A stretch of 64,000 bases of DNA from Octopus vulgaris (GCA_951406725.2 OX597827.1:30504001-30568000); one strand, 5' to 3'. Positions 50,644 through 63,488 are shown, counted from the stretch's first letter. Notes: generated by a model not told the origin, from the sequence alone. Made by a program: numbers and translations.

Positions 50644-51712
50644 AGCACATGTATAAATAATGCACTAAATAATAAAAACAATAATAATAAAGAACAATGA
50701 TCTTACATTGAACATAATATTTTACATTGTACATAAAAGAAAAAAGTAAAATAAAAAGAGACGGAGAGAACCAAGGAAAGAATGGGTCAATAATTTTGAG
50801 ACATGGACTGGAATGAAAACATTGGAATGCATTCAGAGAACCCCAGACAATAAGAGGACTGGAAAAAATTGGGAAAAAAATTTAAGTGCTACATTGGCAG
50901 AAATGTTATGGAAACAACTTACATTGGTATAATACCAGAAATTTGAAGAAAGTGGTATAGTCAAGTAAATTGACCCAAGTACTTGATTGGTACTTTATTT
51001 TATTGACCCCCAAAAGGATGAGAGACAAAATTGATCTGGATGAGATTTGAACTCATATATTCATATACATACATACACATACATATATATACATACATAT
51101 AGACAAATGTGAAGGCGCAATGGCCCAGTGGTTAGGGGAACGGACGCGCAGTCGTAGGATTGTGGTTTCGATTCCCAGACCGGGCATTGTGAGTGTTTAT
51201 TGAGCAAAAACACCTAAAGCTCCAGGTGGCTCCAGCAGGGGGGGGGATGGGCGATCCCTACTGTACTCTTTTTGATATACCTTTATTCGTTTTTGTATAT
51301 CTGGTTTATACATCAGTTTTTCTATGCTAGCATGGATAAGATGAGAACATATTACTGATGTATTATTTTTGCAGCCTGATACCATTCCTGCTGTTAACCT
51401 CTATTTATCTTTTCAAGTAAGGGAATTTTGTTTTATTCCACTCATCTGTGAATAAAAGGGTCTGGTATATAACAATAACAATAATAATGATTTCAAATTT
51501 TGGCACAAGACTAGCAATTATGGGAGTGGGGGTAAGTTGATTATATTGATCCCAGTATTCAACTGGTACTTTATTTTTTTTATCAACCCTGAAAGGGATG
51601 AACAGCAAAGTCAACCTCAGTGAACTCAGGATGTAAAGACAGATGAAATACCACTAAGCATTTTGCCCAGTGTGCTAACGGTTCTGCCAGTTTGATGCCC
51701 TAACAATAGCAA

Positions 51713-52088
51713 TAATAAAAAGAGCACTCAGAAAGCTCAACCCTCTGCCAGGGCAACACCAACATTCTTCTCAACGATTAGCCAGAGATGATTTTTAAAA
51801 TGAGAATATCTGAAATAAACTCCACTGCTCTCACAAATGAGAATACTAAAAATGAACCCTACTGCTCTCAAAAATTAGGTAAAAATAAAACAGGAAAAAT
51901 AATCCAGAATCCTTGTCTGGTACTGGATTGATCCCCAAATCTAATCAGTTCCTGCCAGTCATGAGGCCAAACATCTCTGAAAGTTTCATCCAAATCCATC
52001 CAGCAGTTCTTGAGATATTTTGTCCATGGACAAACAAACATACAAATATGACTGAAAAGAATACCTCTGCCTTTGGTAATAATGGTAA
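51713..52088 (-). mobile_element. Helentron-associated (HINE/DINE-like) short element; a related copy starts at 63897 on +
   Basis: TTACC...GGCAGAGGTATT head, GTTT-type microsatellite, GGACAAAATATCTCAAGAACTGCTGGATGGATTT shared with 63897-64000. Confidence 0.55.
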
Positions 52089-52362
52089 ATTTGTACATTG
52101 GTAAAAGGCCAAAAATTTGTAGATGCCATCACATAATGGTTTTGATCAAACATTTCAATGTTTGCCCCCCCTCCTCCTACACAAAAACAAAAAATAGGGA
52201 CAATAATAACAATAACAAGAACATTCAAAGCTGACATAAGAGGTTCTATGTTGTTGCTCAACCTGCTAGGAATAGCAGTTAAATTTCCTAATTATCAAAC
52301 AGTGATATCTCAAAAAAGGGAAGTATTTATTAGACAATGTAGTCTTAATTATCAGACGTGGA

Positions 52363-52740
52363 GGCGCAATGGCCCAGTGGTTAGGGCAGTGGACTCGCGG
52401 TCATAGGATCGCGGTTTCGATTCCCAGACCGGGCGTTGTGAGTGTTTATTGAGCGAAAACACCTAAAGCTCCACGAGGCTCCAGCAGAGGATGGTGGTGA
52501 TCCCTGCTGTACTCTTTCACCACAACTTTCTCTCACTCTTACCTCCTGTTTCTGTTGTACCTGTATTTCAAAGGGCCGGCCTTGTCACTCTCTGTGTCAC
52601 GCTGAATATCCCCAAGAACTACGTTAAGGGTACACGTGTCTGTGGAGTGCTCAGCCACTTACACATTAATTTCACGAGCAGGCTGTTCCGTTGATTCAGA
52701 TCAACCGGAACCCTAGTTGTCGTAACTGACGAAGTGCTAC
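52363..52740 (+). mobile_element. tRNA-derived SINE family C (representative copy)
   Basis: GGCGCAATGGCCCAGTGGTTAGG...GTTTCGATTCCC A/B boxes; copies at about 49146 and 51114. Confidence 0.8.
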
Positions 52741-54376
52741 CAGATATCAGACAATGAAAAAAAAAAGGATGGGATGGTCACAACTGGAATGTCTTTTATC
52801 ACATATCCTTGATCAGAGTTGGCCATGGGCTAAACATCAACGTGACATAGTCAAGCAGAGATCAAAGGAGTTACACAACATCATCATCATCATCATCATT
52901 ATCATCATTGGCATGACCAACCAAATCCTCCACCACCTTTACTGCTGTCATCCATCCATCATCATCACCATCATCATGTGAAATATATCTTTACTAAACT
53001 ACAGGAGAAATAGCGGGAATAATTCATAAACAACAATAACCTCAACATGATACTCTTCCCCCTCCTCTTCCTCCTCCACCTCATCACCATCATTACCACC
53101 ACCATTGCTGCTATCATTACCATCTTCATCATCACAACGACCATTGCCGCCACCATCACTACCACTATCCTCATTATTGTCACTATACCAGCTAGCTCCT
53201 TATCATACCATAGGTCTACTTGAGCAGGAATGGCTGCAATTCCTCAAAAGCAGTAATAAATAACAATGCTGCCTGCACCACCATTTTTTTTTTACCATCA
53301 ACACCATCACCACCATCATTTTTATCATCATTATCATCATCACCACCATCATTTTTATCATCATCATCACCATCATCATGATGATACATTGTTAACACCC
53401 AAGCACTTATTCTAATTGTATCTCTACTGGGAAAGTGTTACTGCCAGAGCAGTTTAGGATTTCTGCTGGAGCCATTCTGTATTAACACCTTTGCATCATG
53501 TTTCATATCTCATGATTGTTTCCTAAACTACAATGCAATCTGTGAAATAGTTTAGCATAAACAAGGTCAAACACTGAAACAAGAATGACAAGGTTAATTA
53601 ATTAATGAGTGCAAAATAAAATCAGTGGTGTGTCAACAGTGTGCCATTTCATTGCTGTCATGTGCCACTGAATATATCTATAGATTTGTTAGCCAACAAT
53701 GTGTGTTATGACAAAAATATAAGCATTACATCTGTGGTCTTGGGTTCAGTCGCACTGTATGGTACTTTGGGCAAATGTCCTTCTACTATAGCCCCTAACC
53801 AGCCAAAGCCTTGTAAGTGGATTTAGAAGATGGAAACTGAAAGAAGGCCGTCATATACATGTGTGTGTGTGTGTGTGTCTGTTTGTCTGTGTGTGTATGT
53901 GTGAATTTCAACATCAGTAACAGGGTATTTTTGTATGTATGTCATTGATCAGTTTTATTCCAAGATTTCTAGCCAATAGAGAAAGAGCCGGTTTCTAACT
54001 TAGATCCAAGGCTCCTTCATTGGAATTTCAACATCAACAACAGGGTATTTTTGCTTTGTTTGTTTGTATGTATGAATGTATGTATGCATGTATTATGTAT
54101 GTATGTATGCATGCATGTATATGTGCAGATTTGTATGTTTTGTTTTATGTATGTTATATATGCATATATATATATGCAGGGTGTGCGTGTATGTATGTAT
54201 GTATGTATGTATGTATGTATGTATGTATGTATGTATGTATGTATGCATGCATGCATGTATGTATGTTGTTGATCAGTTTTATTTCAAGATTTCTTGCCAA
54301 TAGAGAAAGAGCTGGTTGGTAACTTAGATCCAAGGCTTCTTCATTGGAATTTTAACATCAACAACAATGATATGTA

Positions 54377-54407
<31 letters not shown>

Positions 54408-55040
54408 ATGTATGTGTGTATGTATGTATATATGTGTGTATGTGTGTGTGTATGTATGTATGTATGTGTGTGAGTGTAAGTATGTATTCTCCAAAAGAGA
54501 CCACCAGAATAAGTATCAGGCTTAAAAGAATAAGTACTGAGGTTAATTCATTTGACTAAAAGTTCTTGAAGGTGGTGCCCCAGCATGGCCGCAGTCAAAT
54601 GACTGAAACAAGTAAAAGATATATCCATACGATGGGCTTCTCTCAGTTCTCATCCACCAAATCCACTCACAAGGCTTTGGTTGGTCTGAGACTATAGTAG
54701 AAGACACTTGCCCAAGGTACCATGCAGTGGGATTGAACCTGAAACCACGTGGTCAGGAAGCAAACTGCTTACCAAACAGCCATGCCAATGTGTAGAATAG
54801 TTAAAAAAATATCATCATCATCATCGTTTAACATCTGATTTCCATACTGGCATGGGTTGGACAGTTTGATTGAGGACTGGCAATCCAGGAGGCTGCACCA
54901 GGCTCCAATCTGATCTGGCAAGGTTTCTACAGCTGGATGCCCTTCCTAACACCAACCACTCCAAGAGTGTAATGGGTGCTTTTTACATGCCACATACACA
55001 TATATTTATACATACATATATATATGTGTGTGTATGTGTG

Positions 55041-55099
<59 letters not shown>

Positions 55100-55144
55100 A
55101 AACAAGTCAAAAATAGAAAATGCTAAAATAATTTTATAGTGAAC

Positions 55145-55190
55145 ATTTCAGTACCGGTTTCAGTCATTTTGAGACCTTTTCAACTGTAAC
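55145..55190 (-). ncRNA. Minimal type I hammerhead-ribozyme-like motif (U3-A8 core)
   Basis: Minus strand CAG-TTGAAAA-GGTC-TCAAAAT-GACT-GAAA-CCGG-TA-CTG. Confidence 0.6.
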
Positions 55191-55556
55191 GATTAAATAA
55201 TTAAATTTAGAAAAATTAGAAGAAAAGTTTTTTTAAAGGAATATTTCTATATGTAGTGTTCAGATATAAGTGGCATTCTGCCTTTCTCTGACTCCCTTGT
55301 TTGCACTTGTGTGTTGGAGGTCGTTGTGAGTTCTTGGTAGGGTAGAGGAAGAAGAAGGCTGATGAGGAGAGGGGGTGGGAGAATCTGGGAGTGCCCTGAA
55401 TGGTCAGTGGCAGCTAGTGGCAGCTATTTTGAATGGTCAGTGGCAGCTAGCAGTCGCAGTTCAATTCAGGAGAATATTTCTATTGAAAGGCTTGTTTATG
55501 GAATTTGCTTAGGTGTTATACTAAAAAACATTAGTGACAAGGTTAAGGGGTAGAAG

Positions 55557-55742
55557 GTGGAGAAGAAGAAGAAGAAGAAGAAGAAGAAGAAGAAGAAGAA
55601 GATGACGACGATGTTGATGATGATGATGAAGAAGAAGAAGAAGAAGGAGAAGGAGAAGATGATGATGATGATGATGATGATGGTGGTGATGATGATGACG
55701 ACGATGATGATGATAATGATGATGATGAAGAAGAAGAGGAAG

Positions 55743-55775
<33 letters not shown>

Positions 55776-55800
55776 TCATACACATACACATATATATAAT
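55557..55800. repeat. Compound microsatellite (GAA)n/(GAT)n/(TA)n
   Basis: Directly visible; explains the poly-K/M/H/S ORFs. Confidence 0.95.
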
Positions 55801-55876
55801 TGCAAATGTGTCTCACTATTATTCATTTCTTAAAAGAACAACAAGAAAATAATATTAATAACAAGTGAAAAATTAC

Positions 55877-56292
55877 CTTTAGCCATCTTTTCACATTTGG
55901 TAAATATTGATGGGAAATAAGGTTGTACATATCTTTCAAGGTGATTAAAATGTCTTTATTATCTTCAGTTTCTTTGATCAACATCTTGTTAGGCACATTG
56001 ATTGTGAGGCAATAATTCATTGACCCAAGACCATGACTTCGTATCAAGTCAGATGAAGACGCACCCTTATCATCTTTTTCATCATCATCATCATCATCAT
56101 CATATTCATCATCATCTTCTTTGTTTTCTTCTTCTCTTTCTTCTCTTTCTCTACTATCACCGCCACCACAATCATTATTAACATTATCATCACACTCATT
56201 ACCATCATTACCGCTCACATCTTCATCCTTAACATCATTCTCTTTTTCATTTTTGTCTTTTTTGCTTTTATTTTCTGATGTCTCCTTTGAAC
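55877..56292 (-). CDS. UVSSA: UVSSA exon (acidic linker + IRSHGLGSMNY...IKETEDN...YLPNVKRWLK)
   Basis: RSHGLGS..Y and E.EDN...LP.V..W motifs; phase 1 in, phase 0 out. Confidence 0.9.
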
Positions 56293-56580
56293 CTGATAAA
56301 AGAAAAAAAACGTTTCACCACCACCACCACCACCACCATCACCATCATCATCATCATCATCATTTAACGTCTGTTGTCCATGTTGGGATGGGTCAGATGG
56401 TTTGACCAGAGTTGGCAAGCTGGAGAGCTGCACCAGACCCCAGTCTGATTTGTTATGGTTTCTACAGCTGGATGCCCTTCCTAATGCCAACCACTTCACA
56501 GAGTGTACTGGGTGCTTTTATGTGGCACCACACAGGTGTTTTTTATATATAAATGTGTGTGTGTGTGTATGTGTGTGTGT

Positions 56581-59485
56581 CCACCTAGTCACCTACCGAT
56601 TGGGCTGACATACTAGCCAAATCGACTACATCCTTGCCAGAAAAAGGGAAAGATGGCTGCTTATAAATGCCAAAACTTTCCCAGGCAAAGAATGTACCCC
56701 ACAACATAGACTGGTAGTTAGTGACTTTAGGATCAGGACTAAGAAGACGACCAACATGGAGAAGAAGGGTCTGGAAGCTTAAAGATCCTGTGAATGGACA
56801 GAGATTTAGAGACATATTACTTGAAGCCTTTGACGAAATAGAAGGGGATATAGCTTCACATGGGGTAGAAGACAACTGGAGGTTTCTAAGGGACAACCTG
56901 CTGAGAGCCACTGACCAGATCTGTGGTTGGTGCAAAGTCCCCCTCAAGACCCAAAATAACGTGGTGGTGGAACAATGTTGTTGACAGGGCTATTAGACAA
57001 AAGAAACAGGCTTGGAAGGACTGGAAGTACGGTGGTTGCAAGGAAGTGTATCAGACTGCCAGAAGGGAAGCTAGGAGGCAGGTGTATTTAGCCAGAGGGG
57101 AAGCAGATAAGAAAAAATTTGCCAATGTTCTGCGTCGTGAGGATGAAAGACTTGAGGTATTTTGTGTTGCAAGACAGTGTGTGAGAGAGAATCGTGATGT
57201 GGTAGGAAAGAAATGTGTTCACATGGATGATGGTTCACTTGCGCTAAATGAGGATGCAAAGAGAGTGGTTTGGAGACGCCACTATGAAAGGTTGCTGAAT
57301 AAAGAAAATGCATGGAATAAAGAGAGTCTGCCGAATGTCGACCCAACAGAGGGACTAGCTATCTGAGTTGACAGTTCCTTGGTAGTTAAGGCAATTAGAA
57401 GCATGAAGACAGGGAAAGCCCCAGGCCCATCAGGAATTACTGCAGAGATGCTCAAAATATCTGGTAGTGTCGGCTATAGCCTAGTCACCCGTATAGTTAA
57501 CCAGGTGATACACGAAGGAGTCATTCCCAATGACTGGTGTAGCAGCATAATAGTCAACTGCTACAAAGGTAAAGGTGATGCCCTAGATACAAATAACTAC
57601 AGGGGTATCAAGCTGCTGGATCAGGTAATGAAGGTTACGGAGCGGGTCATAGCCCAACTAATTAGAGAGAGAGTTAGTTTAGATGAGATGCAGTTTGGGT
57701 TCGTGCCAGGAAAAAGTACCACTGATGCTATATTCCTGGTAAGACAGCTGCAGGAGAAATACCTAGCCAAAGATAAGCCCCTGTACCTGGCTTTCGTTGA
57801 CATGGAGAAAGCCTTCAACAGAGTCCCCCGATCCCTTATCTAGTGGTCAATGAGGAAACTAGGGATAGATGAATGGTTAGTGAGAGCTGTGCGAGCCATG
57901 TACAGGGACGCTGCTAGTAAGGTGAGGGTTGGCAACGAGTACAGTGAAGACTTCCAGGTAGAGGTAGGGGTCCACCAAGGTTCAGTCCTCAGCCCCCTCC
58001 TATTTATCATAGTCCTCCAGGCAATAATGGAGGAATTCAAGACAGGATGCCCCTGGGAGCTCCTCTATGCTGATGACCTTGCTCTAATTGCTGAGTCACT
58101 ATCAGAACTGGAGGAGAAGTTTAAGGTGTGGAAGCAAGGATTAGAATCGAAGGGCCTTAGAGTCAACCTAGCTAAAACCAAAGTCCTAATAAGTAGGAAG
58201 GTAGACAAATCACAAACGCCTTCAGGTAGATGGCCCTGCTCAATCTGTAGTAGAGGTGTAGGTAGAAACTCTATAAGGTGCACCAAGTGTAAGCTATGGA
58301 CACATAAGAGGTGCAGCAATGCCAAAGGAAGGCTAACTAGGAAAATAGTTTTTGTATGTGGCAGATGCTCAGGAGCAATAAACACTGAAAACGCGCAGAG
58401 ACCAACTTCCGCCACATTCCAGGGAGAAAAACTAGAAATAGCTGATAGCTTCCATTACCTAGGTAACCAAGTCAGTAGCAGGGGTGGGTGTGCTGAAAGT
58501 GTAGCTGCTAGAGTAAGAATAGCCTGGGCAAAGTTCAGAGAGCTCTTACCTCTGCTGGTGACAAAAGGCCTCTCGCTCAGAGTAAAAGGCAGACTGTATG
58601 ACGCATGTGTACGAACAGCCATGCTACATGGCAGTGAAACATGGGCTGTGACTGCTGAGGATATGCGTAAGCTTGCAAGAAATGAAGCCAGTATGCTCCG
58701 AAGGATGTATAATGTCAGTGTTCATACTCGACAGAGTGTAAGTACCTTGAGAGAAAAGCTGGACCTAAGAAGCATCAGTTGTGGTGTGCATGAGAGACGT
58801 TTGTGCTGGTATAGTCATGTGGCAAGAATGGATGAAGATAGTTGTGTGAAAAAGTTCCACACCCTAGCGGTTGAGGGAACCTGTGGAAGAGGTAGACCCA
58901 GGAAAACCTGGGATGAGGTGGTGAAGCACAACCTTCGAACTTTAGGTCTCACCAAGGAAATGACTAGAGACCGAGACCTTTGGAAGTATGCTGTGCGTAA
59001 GAAGACCCGGCAGGACAAGTGAGACCATAACCCATGGCCTCTACCTGGGATGTAGCCAGCCCACTTATGCATACCTTTCCTTCTTGGGACACAAAACTCT
59101 ACTTGTGAAGACCTGTTGAGGCAAGTGAGAATCAACATCAAAATTGAAATCGATCAACATCAATGGAAATTGTAGCTGTGATACCAGTGCTGGTGGCACG
59201 TAAAAAGCACCATCCGATTGTGGCCGTCGCCAGCCCTGACTGGCCCCCGTGCCGGTGGCACGTAAAAAGCACCATCTGATCCTGGCCATTTGCCAGCCTT
59301 GTGTGGCACGTAAAAAGCACCCACTACACTCACGGAGTAGTTGGCTTAGGAAGGGCATCCAGCCATAGAAACATTGCCAGCTCAGACTGGGCCTGGTGCA
59401 GCCTCTTGGCTTCCCAGACCCCAGTTGAACCGTCCAACCCATGCTAGCATGGAAAGCGGACACTAAATGATGATGATGATGATGA
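56581..59485 (+). mobile_element. 5'-truncated RTE-clade LINE with PHD-like finger, 3' UTR and (GAT)n tail
   Basis: Endonuclease C-terminus (QIDYIL, QHRLVV), RT (GVHQGSVLSPLLF, YADD), RLxWYxHVxRM/RGRPRKTW; stops at 57364 and 57841, frameshift near 56945. Confidence 0.92.
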
Positions 59486-60956
59486 TATATATATATATAT
59501 ATATATAAATTATTATTATTAATAACAATACTATATTATAGTTTCATAATAGATAAATTACCAGTCTTGGCTGACAGAAATAAATGACTATTCCTTTTAA
59601 CCATTTTCTGATGTCTGCTGGAGCTTGTATGAAACCAATTTGTAATTTGGCCAGAATAAGACCAGTATGAGGGACTTCACTGCAGGGCAAATGCAGGAGA
59701 AATAATCATCAGAAGAACTCCCATCAAACAAATGTTTTGACCCCTTAGTTTCTCACTCAAAGGGAGCAGAGCCTAGTTAGATAAGAACTCCCCACTCTAT
59801 TGCAAAATATATGAGTTCCTTTATTTTTATCTGACTCATGGATTTTAGACGTGCGCGTGTGTGTGTGTCTAAGCAATACAAACTAGTGGCATTGTTAGCA
59901 CCAAGTTCAGTAAGAAATTTAAGATGCAGGTAGAGGTCCATCTGGAGTAAGTTTTCAACTCTCTCCTGTTTGTCATAGTGCTTCAGGCTATAACAGAAGA
60001 GTTCAAGACTGGCTGTCCTCTGTGGGCCAATGATTTAGTTCTGATACTGAATCAGTCAGTTAGAGGATGAGTTCCAAATGTAGAAGCAGATGATTATAAT
60101 GTCTAGCTTCTCTAGTTAAAGAGTAGAAGAAAAATGATTTGGAACAAAGGGATGGGTAGACACCACTTAGTTTCAGTCAGAGATTGGCAAACTTCCTATA
60201 TTATTGAACCCTTCATGGAATTCTTGATAATTTATTGACCCCTATCATGTAAATTTCTAAAATAAAATTAAAAGTATTAATTAATGAAAAAATGTTTGGG
60301 TTTAGAAACAATAATACCTTCATTCTTTTTTGTCATTAATGCCTTTTAATAAGAAATATTAAAAGAAATTTAATGCAAATACTTTATAAAATTTATCAGG
60401 AACTTTAAAGTTTCAGTCATATTATAGATAAAATCAGAATATTCAATGTGAAATATGTGTTCAGTGAATACTGGTTACTGTATTGATATTTGGCTGTAAA
60501 GTAGTGAGTTTAAGCCTTCAATTACTGCACTCTTACAGATTCAGTTTTGGTTATAAATTAGCACTCTTGATGCTCAGAATTATTTCAGATGTTTATTGAC
60601 CCTTTGGATAGCAACACTCAGAGGTCAATAATGACCACTTTGCTGACCCCTGGCTTTAGTGAAAATTTGGTCACCAGGCAAATGATAATAGAAGAGAGGT
60701 TTGATTTCTCTGGCTGGACCTTTTGCTATTTTATTTCAAATTAACTGCTTAAAACAAGCCTTTTTATATCTAAAATATCAGTAGTTAATTCCTCCATGTT
60801 TGTAAACAATGATTTAAAAATCTAAGTCAAAGTTATCTTCCTTGAAATCATTTTTATAGCTGGGGACTGTAAGAGATCTCTTGCATGACAGCAATAAATC
60901 TGTTTGTTTAGAAAGAAACTAACCCTTGAAGAAAAAAGGCTAAGAAAATATTTTAC

Positions 60957-61274
60957 CTTTCCCTGTTTCACTGAGACTTGATGATGCTGTATTTCCATCA
61001 GTTTTCTGTGATGAGCTATGATTGGAATCATCACAGTTAGTGCTGTGGTCACTTGCAATTGTATTAGGTAAAGAATTACAAGATAAAGAAATGTCTGTGT
61101 CACTGTCCTTTTCCTTGCTTGTTATGTCATTCTTTTTCTTCTCAGTGTTTTTATTATGATCACCAACATTATTATTATTGTCATCATCATCCTTGAAAAA
61201 TTCATCTGTTTGTATTAACAGCTGGTAACAGTTTTCACTTTGGGTTAAACAGCTTTCAAGATGAGGGAAAGTTT
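60957..61274 (-). CDS. UVSSA: UVSSA exon (TFPHLESCLTQSENCYQLLIQ + low-complexity linker)
   Basis: ESCLT..E.C..LL motif; phase 1-1; overlaps ORF 60940..61293. Confidence 0.88.
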
Positions 61275-62498
61275 CTGAAATAATTTGGTGCATATATATA
61301 TTTTTTATGGTAAACTCTTACACATGTAATATAATGAGTGAACAGCTTGATTAACTGATATTAAATGCACTATTAGACAAAAGCTCACTCAAAGAAGGCT
61401 TAAAGTCTAAAAACTAAACAAGTCAACTGAAATGTCTGAAAAACAAAGACAATATGGTGAGGAATGGGCCCTGTCTTTAAAGCTAACCGATGAAAGCATT
61501 GAACATGTTTCAATCTTATTAGATCTCCTCAGCCAAGCATACTCTGCTCAGTGACCAAGACTTAAAAGTGATCAATATATGAAGAGAAATGCAGGGAATC
61601 TAGTAAAACAGTAATTGCAAATAACAACAAGGGAACTGAAGACTGAAGGGAAAATACATCAAGGGAATGGTCTGCACACTAAATGCATTTAAGGTTAAGT
61701 ATAATATATATATAGGGTAATGTTATTGTGATGTGTGAGTGTGTGTGTTCTTTATTTAATTTTAGCTGTCATGGCAGCTAAGGTCATCTTTTGTGTGTGT
61801 GCATGTATGTGTGTGTGTGTATGTGATCATGATAATTTAATATCCACTTTTCCACAGATCAGACAGAATTTGTTGAAACAAATTTTCTTGGCCAGATTCC
61901 CTTTCTGTCATTAACCCTCACCTGACTCCACAAAAATGACATAAAGGGAACAGTGAAAGAGCTATAAAGAGGAAAGGGCACACAGATACATCAGTAATGT
62001 TGGTAAATTTCTGAAAGCTTGGAATTTTTGAAGGATACACTGTCCTTACAGCTAAAAACTGACACGAGAAGTTTATTACATGCTTCAATGTTAATTCTGT
62101 GAGTGAAAAAAATACTTCCAAAAGTCATGGGTGTTGTACTTTGTTTTGATTATGTTACTAATAATCATTTCTTTATTGGCTACAAAGGTAGAAGGCCAGA
62201 AAGTTGGTTATATTAACCCTAGAACTTGACTGGTACCTTTATTTCATCAATCTGAGGTAGGTGTAAAACAAAGCTGACTTCAGCAGGATTTGAACTCAAA
62301 CTGTAAATATCCAGAACAAATACTGCAAGGCAATAATTATATTCACTTCCGCAAATTTTTGGAATGAATAGAATCTATTTACTTGATTCAAGTCCTGACA
62401 CTTTATTTTATTGACCCCTTGAGGATGAAAAGCAATGTTATGTACACAGGACTTAAAGTGATATAACTAAATAGAAAAATTATAAAAGAAAAACCTAC

Positions 62499-62619
62499 CT
62501 TCTATTTCTTTAAGTATCTTTTCTTTCTTTCGTTGCAAAAGTACCTGTTTTTTCCTCTCAGCTTCTGCTTCTCTTTGTCGTTCTACAATTGTCCTGGCAT
62601 GGATATCATTAAAATCAAC
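62499..62619 (-). CDS. UVSSA: UVSSA exon (VDFNDIHARTIVERQREAEAERKKQ...)
   Basis: VDF.D..AR...ER.RE motif; phase 0 in, phase 1 out; canonical splice sites. Confidence 0.92.
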
Positions 62620-63488
62620 CTGATGGGTGACAAAATGAAGATTCTACAGTAATCCTGATTGACAAAGTACCGTCAAGTTTAGGCCGTACACTCTTAGTAT
62701 AATGGGGTTATGACTTGATTCCAATGTTCAGTTGTAAGCATTACCCTTCATTCACATTTCTGATGTCCTTTCCCAAAAATCTGCACACACACCACATCCA
62801 GGGCTACCAAACATACTCAACTCTCCTTCCTTCATCACTATAACTGTGCCACAATCCACATTTGACTTCACTAAATATTTTCCTCAATCATTCCTTCTCA
62901 AAACTGCATCACTCTTGAATTTCCTTTCTTCCCACATTTTTGTTTGTTAGTTTTTGTAACTAAATTGGTCTAGATTGAACACTGCTATGGTCAAAAGTAT
63001 TCTATCCATGACCATATCCTCTTGTTTTCAAGCATAATTTTTCTGTGTAGGACAACATTAACCATTGTGTACCACCCATATTGGTCAGTGAACCAGAGAA
63101 TGCTTTAAAGTTGATGGAGAGAAATAAAGTCCCAAGTAAAAGATGATATAACATTCAGTCTATATGCATGGAAATGTATAATTAAGATTGAGCCAATGAT
63201 CAGTCATCCTGTTGGAAATAACAGCCAAATCTACTTCAAACTACTGTTTTAGAAGAGGAAAATGTTGGATAAGGTGATACTGGCAACCAAAACATAAGAA
63301 AAAATGTGTGAAGTCATGGTTGAAATGCTTTTGATCTTAGATTTGACCAATCAAAATGTAAAACCAAAAGTCTTAAGTTTTGATTGGATTTAAACAACAG
63401 CAACAACAACAATAACATTGCTACCACTGAAACATGACAAGGGTATGGACATTAAGTTATTGCCCTTGTATAGGAATAATTATTTTAC

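Noticed and set aside
52363-52435. Apparent tRNA gene
   Set aside because: Continues into a SINE body found in several copies; no convincing acceptor stem or terminator
54017-54322. MYVC-repeat ORFs
   Set aside because: Translations of (GTAT)n
55496-55816. Poly-His/Ser/Lys/Met ORFs
   Set aside because: Translations of the (GAA)n/(GAT)n microsatellite
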